A stretch of 64,000 nucleotides of DNA from Methanohalobium sp. (GCF_018609725.1 NZ_JAHENT010000161.1:18860-82859); one strand, 5' to 3'. Counted from the first letter of the stretch, positions 29,337-41,444 are shown. The notes: generated by a model not told the origin, from the sequence alone. Program-made: numbers and translations.

Positions 29337-29945
29337 ATGACATCTGATTCATTGAGACCACTGGTGTCAAAAATAATTGAACCATTTGCAGAAAAAGCAG
29401 TAGATATTGGGCTATCACCCAACATTGTCTCATTTTTATCCCTTATATTTGCTATAACTGCAGGAGTTTTTTTTTATTACTCATATACAAATCCATTGTT
29501 TGTACTAATAGCAGGATTACTGGTGGCTTTAAACTCGTTCCTTGATGCAATGGATGGAATCATGGCAAGACATATGCAGACAGCCAGTTTAAAAGGTGAT
29601 TTTCTGGACCATGTGATTGACCGATATTCTGATATATTTGTTATCTGCAGCATATTTCTGGCAGGTCATGTCCAATGGCAAATAGGACTGGCTGCAATTG
29701 TTGGAGTACTACTAACCAGTTATCTTGGGACACAAGCTCAGGCACTGGATATAGGGAGATATTACGGCGGTATCATGGGCAGAGCCGACAGACTCATTTT
29801 AATAATCGCAGCATCATTAATATATTTCCTGTACCCATCTCTGATTTATGGATTTTCAGTACTTGGATGGACCATTGTAATAATTGCAGTGGGCAGTCAT
29901 GTCACTGCTATTCAAAGAATATACCACATATGGAAACAGTTCTGA
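29337..29945 (+). CDS. CDP-alcohol phosphatidyltransferase (archaetidyl-inositol-phosphate synthase-like)
   Basis: DAMDGIMAR....KGDFLDHVIDR signature; stop supplied by the mobile element. Confidence 0.92.
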   Translation: MTSDSLRPLVSKIIEPFAEKAVDIGLSPNIVSFLSLIFAITAGVFFYYSYTNPLFVLIAGLLVALNSFLDAMDGIMARHMQTASLKGDFLDHVIDRYSDIFVICSIFLAGHVQWQIGLAAIVGVLLTSYLGTQAQALDIGRYYGGIMGRADRLILIIAASLIYFLYPSLIYGFSVLGWTIVIIAVGSHVTAIQRIYHIWKQF

Positions 29946-30364
29946 CGTACTCTAACAGATAAATCCGTTGGGTTCTGTGGTCGCCATCCATCCTGACGTT
30001 GCCACTTGAGGGGCGCCAGTACTCCCTTACGATGCATCTCTGTCTGCACCGTATCGTTTGTATTCGACACCAAGTAATACTTGGATGGAACTTGATGATA
30101 CACAAACAACCGACTGAACAATGTCTTATATCAGGCAGCTTGTTCAAAGCAACTGTACACTGAAGGCATTATTGTATCTATAGAAGTATATATGCTATAA
30201 CATAATTAAAAATTGATGGTTAAAAACAATAACCAACGGAGTCGTTTTATCTCTCTTTAAACTGTAGTTTAAAGATATTGGTAAATTTTCAATTTAGAGT
30301 GTTTTGGTTTAAAGAGAACGGTTAGAAACCGTTGACTTTCACGTACCCCTGTTGCCCTATTTTC
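29942..30364 (-). mobile_element. Non-autonomous IS200/IS605-type element, copy 2
   Basis: Follows TTAC (30368-30365, minus strand); same left and right ends and RNA core as copy 1; ~33-bp deletion in the left arm. Confidence 0.8.
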
Positions 30365-30433
30365 GTAAAAACACCTGTTGGAATTAAGTTGTTCGGTTAA
30401 TTTAATGTAGCACAAGCTTCAATTTTATATCAT

Positions 30434-30877
30434 ATGTCTTCTCATGGAACGGAAAAATTCGAATTCTTGGAACATACAGCTGATGCACAATTTAGAGCAT
30501 ATGGAAACACGCTTGAAGAAGCTTTTGAAAACGCAGCACTTGCAATGTTTAATGTTATGGTCGATACAGATAGTGTTTCCGACAGTGTATCAGAATCAAT
30601 TAACATCGAATCACCGGATTTAGATATACTACTTGTGGACTGGTTGTCTGAACTGTTATATCTGTCTGATGTCAACCATTCAGTTTATTCAACATTTAAT
30701 GTAGAATCTATCAAAGAACAAGATGGGAGATATTTTTTATCAGCCCAGATTTATGGAGAAACTCTGAATCTGGACAAACATGAAATTGATACAGAAGTTA
30801 AGGCTGTCACCTACAACCAACTGGAAGTCAGAAAGCTATCAAACGGCTGGATGTTACAGGTGGTTGTTGATATCTAA
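30434..30877 (+). CDS. Archease
   Basis: FEFLEHTAD, LLVDWLSEL, EVKAVTY; directly upstream of rtcB. Confidence 0.93.
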   Translation: MSSHGTEKFEFLEHTADAQFRAYGNTLEEAFENAALAMFNVMVDTDSVSDSVSESINIESPDLDILLVDWLSELLYLSDVNHSVYSTFNVESIKEQDGRYFLSAQIYGETLNLDKHEIDTEVKAVTYNQLEVRKLSNGWMLQVVVDI

Positions 30878-30940
30878 TCCACACCTGTTTTATAGTAAAA
30901 ACCATTGGATAATTTTGAAGCGTAAGAGGAGGTAAATATA

Positions 30941-32404
30941 ATGAAAGGTGAAGATATTAAAGATAATGAAGTTTACCAGATACTTGAAAAAATCGATGAC
31001 AATACATGGAATGTACCAGTTACCTATAAGTCGACAATGAATGTGCCCGGACGTATTTTTGTCTCCAGTGAATTGATGAAAGATTTAGAGAAAGAAACAC
31101 TTGACCAAATGGCAAATGTTGCATCTCTGCCGGGTATTCAGAAATTTTCAATGGCAATGCCTGATGCTCATCTGGGTTATGGATTTCCCATTGGAGGGGT
31201 CGCTGCTTTTGACAAAGATGAAGGAGTTATCAGTCCGGGTGGGGTCGGTTTTGATATTAACTGCGGTGTAAGACTTCTTCGCACCAATTTGCAAATAGAA
31301 GATACCCGACCTTATATAAACCAACTTGTTAACAATCTTTTCAATAAAATCCCCTCTGGACTGGGTTCAAAGAGTGGTTTAAAAGTATCAGATGCTGAAT
31401 TGGATGATGTATTTGTACATGGGGCTCAATGGGCGGTTGATAATGGATATGGAGTAAAAGCCGATGTTGAACATTGTGAAGGTAATGGTCTGATTGAAGG
31501 AGCTGAACCTTCACAGGTAAGTAAAGAAGCTCGCAAACGTGGAAGACCTCAACTCGGTACTCTGGGAAGTGGAAATCATTTTCTTGAAGTTCAATATGTA
31601 GACAAAATTTATGATGAGTACATAGCCTCTGATTTTGGTCTTGAAGAAGGGCAGGTAACAGTTTCAATACACTGCGGATCAAGGGGTGCAGGCCATCAGA
31701 TATGTTCAGACCATCTTCGGGAACTAACACAGGCTGTCAAAAAATATGGTATTCAATTACCGGACAAACAACTGGCATGCGCTCCCGCAAATTCAAGAGA
31801 GGCACAGAATTATTTCAAAGCAATGGCATGTGCTGCCAATTATGCATGGGCGAACAGACAGGTAATCAACCACTGGACAAGGGAAGTTTTTGAAAACATA
31901 TTCGGCAAAGATATTGATATGAACCTTGTCTATGATGTGGCACATAACGTAGCCAAATTCGAAGAACACACAATCAATGGAGAAAAGAAACAGGTTTATG
32001 TACACCGTAAAGGAGCTACAAGAGCATTTCCACCAGAACATCCCGAACTATCAGATGACTACCAACAATCCGGTCAGCCAGTATTGATACCGGGTAGTAT
32101 GGGAACTCCTTCGTTTGTACTCCATGGGACTAAGGATTCAATGGATATATCCTTTGGAAGTGCATGCCACGGTTCAGGACGTCTTATGAGCCGAAAACAT
32201 GCTAAAAAAGAATTATCAGGAGAAGAGATTCAAAAAGAACTTGCATCAAAGGGCATAACAGTTAAAGTGGCAAACCCAAGAATGATTTCTGAAGAAGCTC
32301 CTGAAGCATACAAATCCAGCAGTGAAGTAGTGGATGTTGTTCATGATGTAGGCATAGCCAGAAAAGTAGCAAGATTAAGCCCTGTTGGAGTGATAAAAGG
32401 TTAA
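30941..32404 (+). CDS. rtcB: RNA-splicing ligase RtcB
   Basis: MPDAH.GYGFPIG, VGFDINCG, GSGNHF, HRKGATRA, HGSGR. Confidence 0.97.
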   Translation: MKGEDIKDNEVYQILEKIDDNTWNVPVTYKSTMNVPGRIFVSSELMKDLEKETLDQMANVASLPGIQKFSMAMPDAHLGYGFPIGGVAAFDKDEGVISPGGVGFDINCGVRLLRTNLQIEDTRPYINQLVNNLFNKIPSGLGSKSGLKVSDAELDDVFVHGAQWAVDNGYGVKADVEHCEGNGLIEGAEPSQVSKEARKRGRPQLGTLGSGNHFLEVQYVDKIYDEYIASDFGLEEGQVTVSIHCGSRGAGHQICSDHLRELTQAVKKYGIQLPDKQLACAPANSREAQNYFKAMACAANYAWANRQVINHWTREVFENIFGKDIDMNLVYDVAHNVAKFEEHTINGEKKQVYVHRKGATRAFPPEHPELSDDYQQSGQPVLIPGSMGTPSFVLHGTKDSMDISFGSACHGSGRLMSRKHAKKELSGEEIQKELASKGITVKVANPRMISEEAPEAYKSSSEVVDVVHDVGIARKVARLSPVGVIKG

Positions 32405-32610
32405 GTGAAAAAGTAGGATAGAGGAAACGGTTTTTTTGTTTTAAGAGGGGATGAATGGTTTGCTTGGTAACAGTAATATATGCAAGCAATCACCGTTTCC
32501 TCAACATAAGATAAGTTTATTATTATATTTAAAGTTGTTTGATACTTTGTTAATTAGTTTGTTCAGTATGACCGCTAAACTTATAGTATCCATGGATTGT
32601 TTCAAAAACC

Positions 32611-33075
32611 ATGAACAAAAAATTATCAACGGTTAGGATAATGGCAGATTATCAGTTCGGTAAAGGCTGTGGAGAAAAACTGTTTCCCGAAGATGTCTCT
32701 TTTTTATTGTCCAGAACTGGACGTATTAGACAGATTCTGTACAACAACGAAAGAATAGCAACTGTTAGAGCCAGCGACGGTGTGCTGACGTTGAGTATCA
32801 AAGGAGCAGATACAGTCCATAAAAACCTATCAAAACCCAAACAACGAATAATAATGTGTGAAGAAGCGGTTCCTTTTGTTTCTGCTGGAAAAACAGCTTT
32901 TGCAAAACATGTTATAGATATCGACCCACAACTTCGTGCAGGTGAAGAAGTACTTGTTGTGGATGAATCCGATAATCTCCTGGCTACAGGACAACTTATA
33001 TTGTCACCCGAGGAAATCCATACGATAGAAAGAGGAAGTGCAGTTGACATAAGGACAGGTGTTCAACAACAATAA
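32611..33075 (+). CDS. Stand-alone PUA-domain protein (C-terminal part of split archaeosine tRNA-guanine transglycosylase-like)
   Basis: MADYQFG, SRTGRIRQI, GKTAFAKHV..ID..LRAGEEV.VV. Confidence 0.8.
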   Translation: MNKKLSTVRIMADYQFGKGCGEKLFPEDVSFLLSRTGRIRQILYNNERIATVRASDGVLTLSIKGADTVHKNLSKPKQRIIMCEEAVPFVSAGKTAFAKHVIDIDPQLRAGEEVLVVDESDNLLATGQLILSPEEIHTIERGSAVDIRTGVQQQ

Positions 33076-33225
33076 ATAATATTAATAAATCTATATATAT
33101 CACCCAATATTATATCCCCTTGTAGAAATGTACAACCATGATTTTAATTCTAAAAACGCTAAAACGGATTTCCAGGTGTCCGGGTTCTGGAGAGTGAGAT
33201 TATCACCGATACAAAAGAAGATTTT

Positions 33226-34122
33226 TTGAAAAACTTAGTAATTCCTGATAATACAAAAATGGAAGAACATAACATAGTTGTAGATGGTGGAGTCATTGTT
33301 GGGAGCCATTCCAATATCAATTATGGAATCATAGCAAATTCTGCAATACTGGGTGAGAGTGTACAGGTATCAGGTGATTTGACCACTACATCAGAAGTCA
33401 GAATCGATACATTAACAAAAATTGGCGGAAGCGTTAAAACTGACTCTAATGCCTATATTGGCGAACTTGTTTCCATAAATGGTAAACTGATAGTCAATGG
33501 AGACCTTGATGTTGGAAACAATGTTAAAATCAATGACGGGTTTGTGGCAAAAGGATGGATAATGGTCAGAAACCCTATACCTGTAATGGTGTACCTTTTT
33601 TTATATATTAGTGAACTCCTGAGATTGGGCAAAGATGAGGAAGTTGAAAAAGCTCTTGAAGAACTTTTTGAAGATGATGAGTTAGAAGAATCAATGGAAT
33701 CCGGTGCAATGGTAATACCAAACAGTTCAAGAATTTCAATGGATTCTATACATGTTCCGGCACATGCTTCTATAGGTAACAACTGCCGGTTAATCGGAAA
33801 TATCCGCTCATCATCGTTTGACATGGGTGATGATACAACACTTTATGGAAGTATTCGAACCCAAAACGATATAACTATAGGGAAAAACAACAACATCCAC
33901 GGTAATATCGTAGCCAAAAAGAATGTAACCATAGATAAAGAAACCCATATACTTGGTGAAGTCAGTGCCAACACCATTTCCATACATGAAAATGCACGTG
34001 TTGATGGTTTGATGAGAGCACCGGGCGGACTCTCTTTCAAACGTGAAGATGAAATTGAAAACACAAAGGATTATGAAGATGAAGATACCGATAAAAAAGA
34101 GCTTATAAAGCTGGATATCTGA
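33226..34122 (+). CDS. Beta-helix repeat protein (bactofilin/polymer-forming-like)
   Basis: Two blocks of repetitive GxI/GxV beta-helix repeats separated by a helical linker; start uncertain. Confidence 0.7.
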   Translation: MKNLVIPDNTKMEEHNIVVDGGVIVGSHSNINYGIIANSAILGESVQVSGDLTTTSEVRIDTLTKIGGSVKTDSNAYIGELVSINGKLIVNGDLDVGNNVKINDGFVAKGWIMVRNPIPVMVYLFLYISELLRLGKDEEVEKALEELFEDDELEESMESGAMVIPNSSRISMDSIHVPAHASIGNNCRLIGNIRSSSFDMGDDTTLYGSIRTQNDITIGKNNNIHGNIVAKKNVTIDKETHILGEVSANTISIHENARVDGLMRAPGGLSFKREDEIENTKDYEDEDTDKKELIKLDI

Positions 34123-34200
34123 TATTCAAAAAAGTTCTTCTGTTTTCTGTGCTTTACAAAAGTTTTATTAACTTTTTTGTTTATGTAACAATGAAATAAT

Positions 34201-34734
34201 ATGGACCGAGTAGAACTGGACAGATCTTCATTCAAAGCACTTGCGTCCGATTCCCGCATTGAAATAATCAAACATCTCAACGAAAAAAGTATGCGGGTAA
34301 CCGACCTTGCTGAAAAAATGCAGTTGTCCAAACCCACCCTTATAGAACATCTGAAAAAACTTGAAGAATCAGGGTTGATTGATAGAGAAAACCGTGGAGA
34401 AAAATGGATTTATTATCGCCTGACGGATAAAAGCCGTAATCTGATGGAGCCAAAATCCGACATAAGGGTCAAAATACTATTTGCAACATCAGTTGTAGCA
34501 TTTATATCAGGTTTTGCTCAATTATACAGGTTTTTTGTCCAGCCCCAGCCAAAAGATGCTGGAATAATGACAGAAGATGCCAAAGAAATTCCTGAAAGCA
34601 CAACACCTGATATACCCCCACAGGATATTGTTTCAACTATTCCATGGGATGCTGTCATTTTGCTCGGGATTGCTGTAGTATTGACAAGCATCACTATCTG
34701 GTACTTTAAAACAAGAAGCTCTCCTCTGGATTAA
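34201..34734 (+). CDS. ArsR-type HTH regulator with two C-terminal TM segments
   Basis: FKALASDSRIEII..VTDLA..LSKPTLIEHLKKLEESGLI..YYRL. Confidence 0.85.
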   Translation: MDRVELDRSSFKALASDSRIEIIKHLNEKSMRVTDLAEKMQLSKPTLIEHLKKLEESGLIDRENRGEKWIYYRLTDKSRNLMEPKSDIRVKILFATSVVAFISGFAQLYRFFVQPQPKDAGIMTEDAKEIPESTTPDIPPQDIVSTIPWDAVILLGIAVVLTSITIWYFKTRSSPLD

Positions 34735-34781
34735 TAATCAAAAAAAAAGATGGATGAGATATATCATCTCATCCGGATTAA

Positions 34782-36251
34782 TTATCTTGGTGATATTTCC
34801 TTTTCTGCTGTGGGGGAGTAAGCTCTAGCATTATCATTTCTTATATCTTCAGTGACCTTGAATTCTATAGTTTTGTCACTGTTTGCACCCACTCTGATAT
34901 CCCATTCAACAAAATCGGCGTTTGTTTCAACAGATTCTACACTAGAATCCAACAATTCACCAAATTCCCACATGTAACGAACCGTAACAGTTTCGGGGCT
35001 ATTGCCAAAGTTAGTTATATTTATCTCACCGGTTCTTGTTATATTGCCTACATTCCTTGTTTCTTCAAGAATTTCTGTTTCACCTTTTAAATCAAAGGCA
35101 TTACCAAGATTGATTTCAACTTCACCGCCTTCAGGTGTTCTCTCAATTGAACTTTGACCCACCATTACCTGTAAACCATCTTTTTCCTGATAAACATTAA
35201 CAGTTCCCTTGGGCAGTGGTTCTTCATTGTTTGTAAAAGTTAAAAACTGCCGGACATTTTCACTTCTACCGTATCTTGAGGTAGCGTACATGAATTCGGT
35301 TTTTGATTCTATATTTTTGTCCATATATTTGGTTGATTGCCGTGAATATGCATCAATTGCAAGCTGTCCGAGTTCATATTTATAAACTCTACCTACCTTT
35401 TGAGGTGCTGAAACAGACCTTTCAAAACCATCACGTATAGATTCTCGTTCCTCAGCAAAGCCTACATATCTACTACTCATTACCTGTCCTGATATTAAGT
35501 TGAAGTTTCCATCATAGTTTGTATTACTGGGATTTTTGATTATCATATCTCCACTGAACCTGCTGGAACTATCCGAATCTTTCATGTACAGGTCATATGA
35601 TGCATCCCATGTAATACCATTTACCCGGTATCTAAGCTGGAAATCAAAAGAGCCATTGCCTGAAGATTCAATTCTTGCCATAACTTTTGAATCCGAATCA
35701 CCTGTTGTTTTTATCTGGTTGACATTGTTTGTATTAATGTAGGATATTCCCCCATCATTCTCAAGAACCATAAGACCATAAGGATAATTGTCTTCAATTC
35801 TTAAAAGCACACCTGATACTGTTTTACCAGATGTAAGTTCTACTTCAACTTCTTTACCGATGTTTGTTTTTATATTATCTCTAAAATCCGTTTTTATATC
35901 AACAACCTCTAATATATCCGAATTTTCAGGTTCAAGTTTTATAGAATCTGGATCAACATTATCCAAATTTTCCATATTCTCAAGTTCAACCCAATGTACC
36001 CCCTGTTCAAGTTCAAGGCTAATGCTTTTTTCTACAATACCTCCCTGATTTGAATCATAAATCAGATAGTTTTCATTTGAATTTCCGTTCACTCCATTAA
36101 CCTGAGCAGATACTGCAACTGCGAGTAATGCGACCATTCCAATTATAAGAATAGCTTTTTTTAAAGTATATCTCATTTCCATCACCATGTATAAATTCTG
36201 CTTATGGCTTAATAAAATCATTCTTTTTGTAAGGGAAAGACCTAACAACAA
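34782..36251 (-). CDS. DUF4139-like secreted protein
   Basis: Signal peptide; LRY...GITWDASYDL; LPKG.V.VY; I..TP.G.EV.I.LG.AFD; start probably ~36180. Confidence 0.7.
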   Translation of the reverse strand: MLLGLSLTKRMILLSHKQNLYMVMEMRYTLKKAILIIGMVALLAVAVSAQVNGVNGNSNENYLIYDSNQGGIVEKSISLELEQGVHWVELENMENLDNVDPDSIKLEPENSDILEVVDIKTDFRDNIKTNIGKEVEVELTSGKTVSGVLLRIEDNYPYGLMVLENDGGISYINTNNVNQIKTTGDSDSKVMARIESSGNGSFDFQLRYRVNGITWDASYDLYMKDSDSSSRFSGDMIIKNPSNTNYDGNFNLISGQVMSSRYVGFAEERESIRDGFERSVSAPQKVGRVYKYELGQLAIDAYSRQSTKYMDKNIESKTEFMYATSRYGRSENVRQFLTFTNNEEPLPKGTVNVYQEKDGLQVMVGQSSIERTPEGGEVEINLGNAFDLKGETEILEETRNVGNITRTGEINITNFGNSPETVTVRYMWEFGELLDSSVESVETNADFVEWDIRVGANSDKTIEFKVTEDIRNDNARAYSPTAEKEISPR

Positions 36252-36399
36252 ATTTAGAAATATTATCCACCCAATACACAGCAGCTTAATATGGGACGAG
36301 AATAGTAAATATATAAACCAAATTTTGTAATATGAATATATTTATAAATCCAATTACAGGTTTGCTTATAATTTTAAAACTATATTATAGAGGGAAAAT

Positions 36400-37561
36400 C
36401 TTGCCCGGGTCAGAAACGTATGAATCAATAGTCAGCAGGGACGAAAAATATGTGATGCAAAATTATACCCGCCAGCCCATAGCATTAAAAAAAGGTGATG
36501 GTGCGATTGTTTATGATGTGGATGACAATCAGTACATAGATTGTCTGGCTGGTATTGCAGTAAACAATGTAGGGCACTGCCATCCAAATGTTGTTAATGC
36601 GATAAAAAAACAGTCAGAACAGTTAATCCATGTGTCCAACCTGTATTATACCCAGATACAGACACAGCTTGCTGAAAAACTGGTAGAACTTACAGGAATG
36701 GACCGCATATTCTTCTGTAACTCAGGGGCTGAAGCAATCGAATCAGCAATGAAGCTTGCAAGGTCTGTATCGAAAAAAACGGATTTTGTGGCGGCTGAAC
36801 AATCGTTTCACGGACGAACCATGGGGTCTCTCAGTGTGACGTATAAAGAAAAATTCAAAAAACCATTTGCCCCTTTGATAGAAGATGTAAATTTTGTACC
36901 CTATAATGACTCACAGGCAGTTGCAGATTCGATAACTGATAATACCGCCGCAGTAATCGTGGAGCCTATACAGGGCGAGGGTGGAGTGAATATACCTTCA
37001 AATGATTATCTCAAAAAATTACGAAAAATATGTGACGATACAGGTACACTTCTAATATTCGATGAAGTACAGACTGGTTTCGGAAGGACTGGTGAATGGT
37101 TCTGCAAACAACATTCAGGTGTACAGCCGGACATAATGGCAATGGCTAAGGCTATGGGTGGCGGTTTTCCAATAGGAGCAATCGCATCAAAAGAAGGTAT
37201 TACCTTTGATAAAGGCGAACATGCATCTACATTCGGAGGTAACCCTCTTGCCTGTGCAGCATCACTTGGAGCGATAAAGGCCATAGAAGATGATTCTTTG
37301 ATACAGCGTTCAAAGAAACTTGGAGATTATTTTGTAGAACGTCTTAAAAACATTTCACGTGATGATATAGTGGAGGTACGTGGTAGAGGTCTTATGATAG
37401 GTATGGAACTGGAATCTGATTGTAAAAAGATTTTGAATTATGCACGCGAGAACGGTGTATTTTTAAACTGTACCTCAGATTCAGTATTGCGTATAGTCCC
37501 TCCTCTTGTTATAACCAGTGAGCAGATAGACAGGGTGGTGGACGTAATTGAGCAGGCGTAA
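36400..37561 (+). CDS. argD: Acetylornithine aminotransferase
   Basis: [47 protein letters not shown]; TTG start near 36400 preferred to the 36332 ATG. Confidence 0.92.
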
Positions 37562-38645
37562 CCTCATTAAAGACGGCATAGAAAATATATCAGAATATGT
37601 ACCCGGCAAAACCATTGATGAGATTGCTCTCTCGTATGGGCTTGACCCTGACACCATAATAAAACTGGGTTCTAATGAAAATCCACTTGGACCATCACCT
37701 GAAGCTGTGGATGCCCTTGACAGATACAAGCAGCTTTATCAATTAAGTGTTTATCCATCCGCAGATTCAGGAGAACTTGTAGAGGCTCTTTCTGGCTACA
37801 CAGGATTTCCTGAATCAAATCTCGTTGCATCTGGTCCCGGAATGGATGGATTAATCGATAACCTGATGCGTCTTGTCATCTCACAGGGAGATGAAGTTAT
37901 AATTCCCACACCTACCTTTTCCTATTATGAAATTGCAGCACGTGCAAACGGGGCAGTACCAGTATTTGTTAAAAGAGGTAATGAATTCCAGATAGATACA
38001 GACTCTGTACTTGAAGCAGAAACCCCACGTACCAAGATGATATTTATCTGTTCACCAAATAATCCATCCGGTAACCTCATAGATGAAGAAAAACTTCGCA
38101 GGATAGCAGAATCCACGAAAGGACTTGTTTTTGTGGATGAAGCATATGTTGAATTTGCAGACAGGAATATGGCAAACCTTATCGATGACTATGATAACCT
38201 CATAATAGGTAGGACTTTTTCCAAGGCATTTGGTCTAGCTGGTATGAGAATCGGGTACGGTATTATGCCAAAGTGGCTGAAATCCGAATACATGAGGGTC
38301 TCGACACCTTTTAATTTAAGCGGTCCAGCAATAACAGCAGGTATTGCTGCTCTATCAGATACCAGACATCTGAAACAAAGTGTTGAACTGGCAAGGGAAG
38401 GACGGAAATATCTTAAAGATAATATACCATTTAATGTATATAATTCTCAGGCTAATTTTGTTCTTGTGGATGTTGCCCCTAAAAAAGCTAAAGATGTATG
38501 TGAGCGGCTGCTTGAAGAAGGTATCATTGTCCGGGACTGCACATCATTCAGGGATGCAGGTGATTCATTGATTCGCGTAACAGTAGGAACAAAAGACCAA
38601 AATAAATGGGTTGTAGAAGCCTTTAAAAATCAATATCCGGGTTGA
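37548..38645 (+). CDS. hisC: Histidinol-phosphate aminotransferase
   Basis: [37 protein letters not shown]. Confidence 0.94.
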   Translation: MSRRNLIKDGIENISEYVPGKTIDEIALSYGLDPDTIIKLGSNENPLGPSPEAVDALDRYKQLYQLSVYPSADSGELVEALSGYTGFPESNLVASGPGMDGLIDNLMRLVISQGDEVIIPTPTFSYYEIAARANGAVPVFVKRGNEFQIDTDSVLEAETPRTKMIFICSPNNPSGNLIDEEKLRRIAESTKGLVFVDEAYVEFADRNMANLIDDYDNLIIGRTFSKAFGLAGMRIGYGIMPKWLKSEYMRVSTPFNLSGPAITAGIAALSDTRHLKQSVELAREGRKYLKDNIPFNVYNSQANFVLVDVAPKKAKDVCERLLEEGIIVRDCTSFRDAGDSLIRVTVGTKDQNKWVVEAFKNQYPG

Positions 38646-39412
38646 TTATGCTTACCAGTACTTATATACACATTCCAAAAATAGGTAAATCCACCGAACA
38701 TAAAATATGGGCATCAGGAATCACAACATGGGAGGACTTTATAAAATACCATGATTCAGTTCCCCTCCCGAAATCCAAGCAAAATATTATACTTGAAGGT
38801 ATAAATGAGTCAATGGAACGGCTGGATAAAAGAGACACCGAATTTTTTGCAAACTATCTGCCAAATTCAGAGCATTGGAGAGGTTTTCGATACTTTTCGG
38901 ATTCTGTTGCCTATGTAGATATCGAAACCACTGGACTGTCAAAGATACATGATTATATAACAGTAATAGGTGTTTATAACGGCAGCCAAACTAAAACTTT
39001 CGTACATGGAATTAATCTTGATGACGTTGTGGACGAATTGAACAAATACGAATTTATTGTAACATACAACGGAGCATGTTTCGACCTTCCATTTATTAGA
39101 AAAGAATATCCCGAACTTGAGTTTAACCGGCTCCATGTCGACCTGATATATCCCCTAAAAAAACTCGGATACAAAGGGGGTCTTAAGCAGGCTGAAGAAA
39201 AGCTTGGAATATCGAGAAGTGATAACACTACACAAATGTCGGGACTTGATGCAGTGAGGTTGTGGAACAGATATCAAAAAGGCGATAATGATGCAATTGA
39301 CCTGTTGCTTGAATACAATCGCGAAGATATAGTAAACCTTGAGACAATATTAAACACTATATATTCAAGATTAATTGACAAAACGTTTTCTGACGCTAAA
39401 AAAGAATTCTAA
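38642..39412 (+). CDS. RNase H-like (YprB-type) exonuclease domain protein
   Basis: [26 protein letters not shown]. Confidence 0.85.
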   Translation: MIMLTSTYIHIPKIGKSTEHKIWASGITTWEDFIKYHDSVPLPKSKQNIILEGINESMERLDKRDTEFFANYLPNSEHWRGFRYFSDSVAYVDIETTGLSKIHDYITVIGVYNGSQTKTFVHGINLDDVVDELNKYEFIVTYNGACFDLPFIRKEYPELEFNRLHVDLIYPLKKLGYKGGLKQAEEKLGISRSDNTTQMSGLDAVRLWNRYQKGDNDAIDLLLEYNREDIVNLETILNTIYSRLIDKTFSDAKKEF

Positions 39413-39436
39413 AAACATTAAAGTTATCCAGCAAAT

Positions 39437-41251
39437 ATGTCTTCTGATTTTGATATATCAAAGTTTCCAGACCTTCCCGGTGTATATTTGATGAAAGATA
39501 AATCAGATACAGTGATATATATCGGGAAAGCACGTTCACTTAAAAAGAGAGTCAGTCAATATTTCCAGTCCCAGAAATATCATTCTCCAAAAACGAGAAC
39601 ACTTGTAAAACATATAGCAGACATTGAATACATAGTTACCCAATCCGAAGTAGAAGCACTGATTACCGAAGCAAGCCTTATAAAAAAGCACAAACCCAGA
39701 TACAATGTCCGTCTAAAAGATGATAAACGCTACCCCTACATTAAAATAACCAATTCAAAATATCCGCGAATTTATCTTACACGGCGACGTTTGATGGATA
39801 ACGCCCTCTATTTTGGACCCTATACAAACGCTGGTGCAGTACGCAAGACCCTTGATATAATATCAAGAATTTTTAAAATACGGAAGTGTAAGACAAAAAT
39901 TGATGGTGATAAAACTCATTCAAGACCCTGCCTTAATTATCATATCAAACGTTGCCTCGGTCCCTGTACAGGTGCAGTCAGCGAAACTGAGTATCAAAAA
40001 GAACTAAATTCTACTATCAAATTCCTGAAAGGCGAAAGTGATGAACTTATAAAAGAGCTTGAAGACAGGATGTACCAATTATCTCTAAACCAAGAATATG
40101 AAGCTGCAAGCGTGGTCCGCGACCAGATTGAGGCTCTTAAAAATCTAACACATCAACAGGTGGCAATATCAGGAACAGATGAAAGAGATGTAATAGCTAC
40201 AGCTGTTGATGAAAATGCAGTATATATCCAGCTTTTCTATATAAGAAACGGGAACCTTGTAGGTAGATCACAATTCACAATGGACAGAGGTGATGATGAA
40301 GTATCCGTTCCTGAAGTTTTATCAGGTTTTATCAAGCAATATTACCAGGATTCACCTGTACCACCCGAAATACTGGTTCAGTATGACATCCATGAAAAAG
40401 ATTTGATAAAAAAATGGCTTTATGAAAAATCAGGTTTGCATGTTAATATTCATGTACCCTTAAAAGGCGAAAAAAAACGAATCCTTGACCTTGCCACCAA
40501 AAACGCTGAAATGTCCATGAAACAGGAAAGGTTAAAAAAAGACCACCAACAGCCCAACGAAGTGCTTGAAAGCCTAAAAACTGACCTATCGCTTGAAACA
40601 CTTCCCTATCACATAGAAGGATTTGATATTTCTAATATATCAGGTACAGATGCAGTAGGTTCAGTGGTGGTATTTGAAAATGGTGTTCCTGCAAACAGCA
40701 AATACCGACAATTCAACATCAAAAATGTTGAAGGCATAGATGATTTTGCAATGATGGCTGAAGTGGTGCATCGAAGATTCAGCCGGATTTTAGATGAAAA
40801 TAAAACCCTTCCAGACCTTATACTCATCGATGGTGGTCCCGGTCAGGTCAGTGCTGCGAAGGATTCTCTTGACAACTTAAACCTTGACAATATACCTTTG
40901 ATAGGTCTTGCTAAACAGTATGAACATATAATAACCCCAGATAATGAAGTAATAATTCTTTCCCAAAAATCAGATTCAATGAAACTTCTTATGAGGATAC
41001 GTGACGAAGCCCATCGGTTTGCAGTTTCGTCCCACCGAAGAAAACGTACTGCAAAACTTACTCATTCAGCTCTTGATGGTATCCCGGGAATAGGTGAATC
41101 AAAAAAACGCGCCTTGTTGGAACATTTTGGATCAGTTGATAATATTATAAACGCAACAATTAAAGACCTGAAACAAGTTGAAGGTATCAATAAGAACCTG
41201 GCACAAAAAATTGTGGATTATTTTGAAAACGAAGATAGTAAAAAATGGTGA
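39437..41251 (+). CDS. uvrC: Excinuclease ABC subunit C
   Basis: GIY-YIG (PGVY..YIGKA..L.KRV.QYF), IEGFDISN, LIDGG.GQ, RDEAHRFA, HhH motifs. Confidence 0.96.
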   Translation: MSSDFDISKFPDLPGVYLMKDKSDTVIYIGKARSLKKRVSQYFQSQKYHSPKTRTLVKHIADIEYIVTQSEVEALITEASLIKKHKPRYNVRLKDDKRYPYIKITNSKYPRIYLTRRRLMDNALYFGPYTNAGAVRKTLDIISRIFKIRKCKTKIDGDKTHSRPCLNYHIKRCLGPCTGAVSETEYQKELNSTIKFLKGESDELIKELEDRMYQLSLNQEYEAASVVRDQIEALKNLTHQQVAISGTDERDVIATAVDENAVYIQLFYIRNGNLVGRSQFTMDRGDDEVSVPEVLSGFIKQYYQDSPVPPEILVQYDIHEKDLIKKWLYEKSGLHVNIHVPLKGEKKRILDLATKNAEMSMKQERLKKDHQQPNEVLESLKTDLSLETLPYHIEGFDISNISGTDAVGSVVVFENGVPANSKYRQFNIKNVEGIDDFAMMAEVVHRRFSRILDENKTLPDLILIDGGPGQVSAAKDSLDNLNLDNIPLIGLAKQYEHIITPDNEVIILSQKSDSMKLLMRIRDEAHRFAVSSHRRKRTAKLTHSALDGIPGIGESKKRALLEHFGSVDNIINATIKDLKQVEGINKNLAQKIVDYFENEDSKKW

Positions 41252-41444
41252 TTTCTAGAATATATATTTTAAAAAATGTATTTTTTTATGAAATTGATTT
41301 TGAACAAGTTTTTAACAAATGAATCTATTAAATAGCAAAACTTAAAACATAACGCATCCAAATTAAATTTATTACAGTTTCCAAGTAAATAGTGCTGTTT
41401 ATAAAGATTGATTAATAAAGGCCAAGTTTAAGGGAGTGTAATTA

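Noticed and set aside
5248-32404. Inteins in RFC, Cdc6 or RtcB
   Set aside because: Lengths are normal and no intein splice motifs or LAGLIDADG blocks are visible
39437-41251. uvrC without neighbouring uvrA/uvrB
   Set aside because: Separation of uvrC from uvrAB is common, and the rest of the genome is not visible
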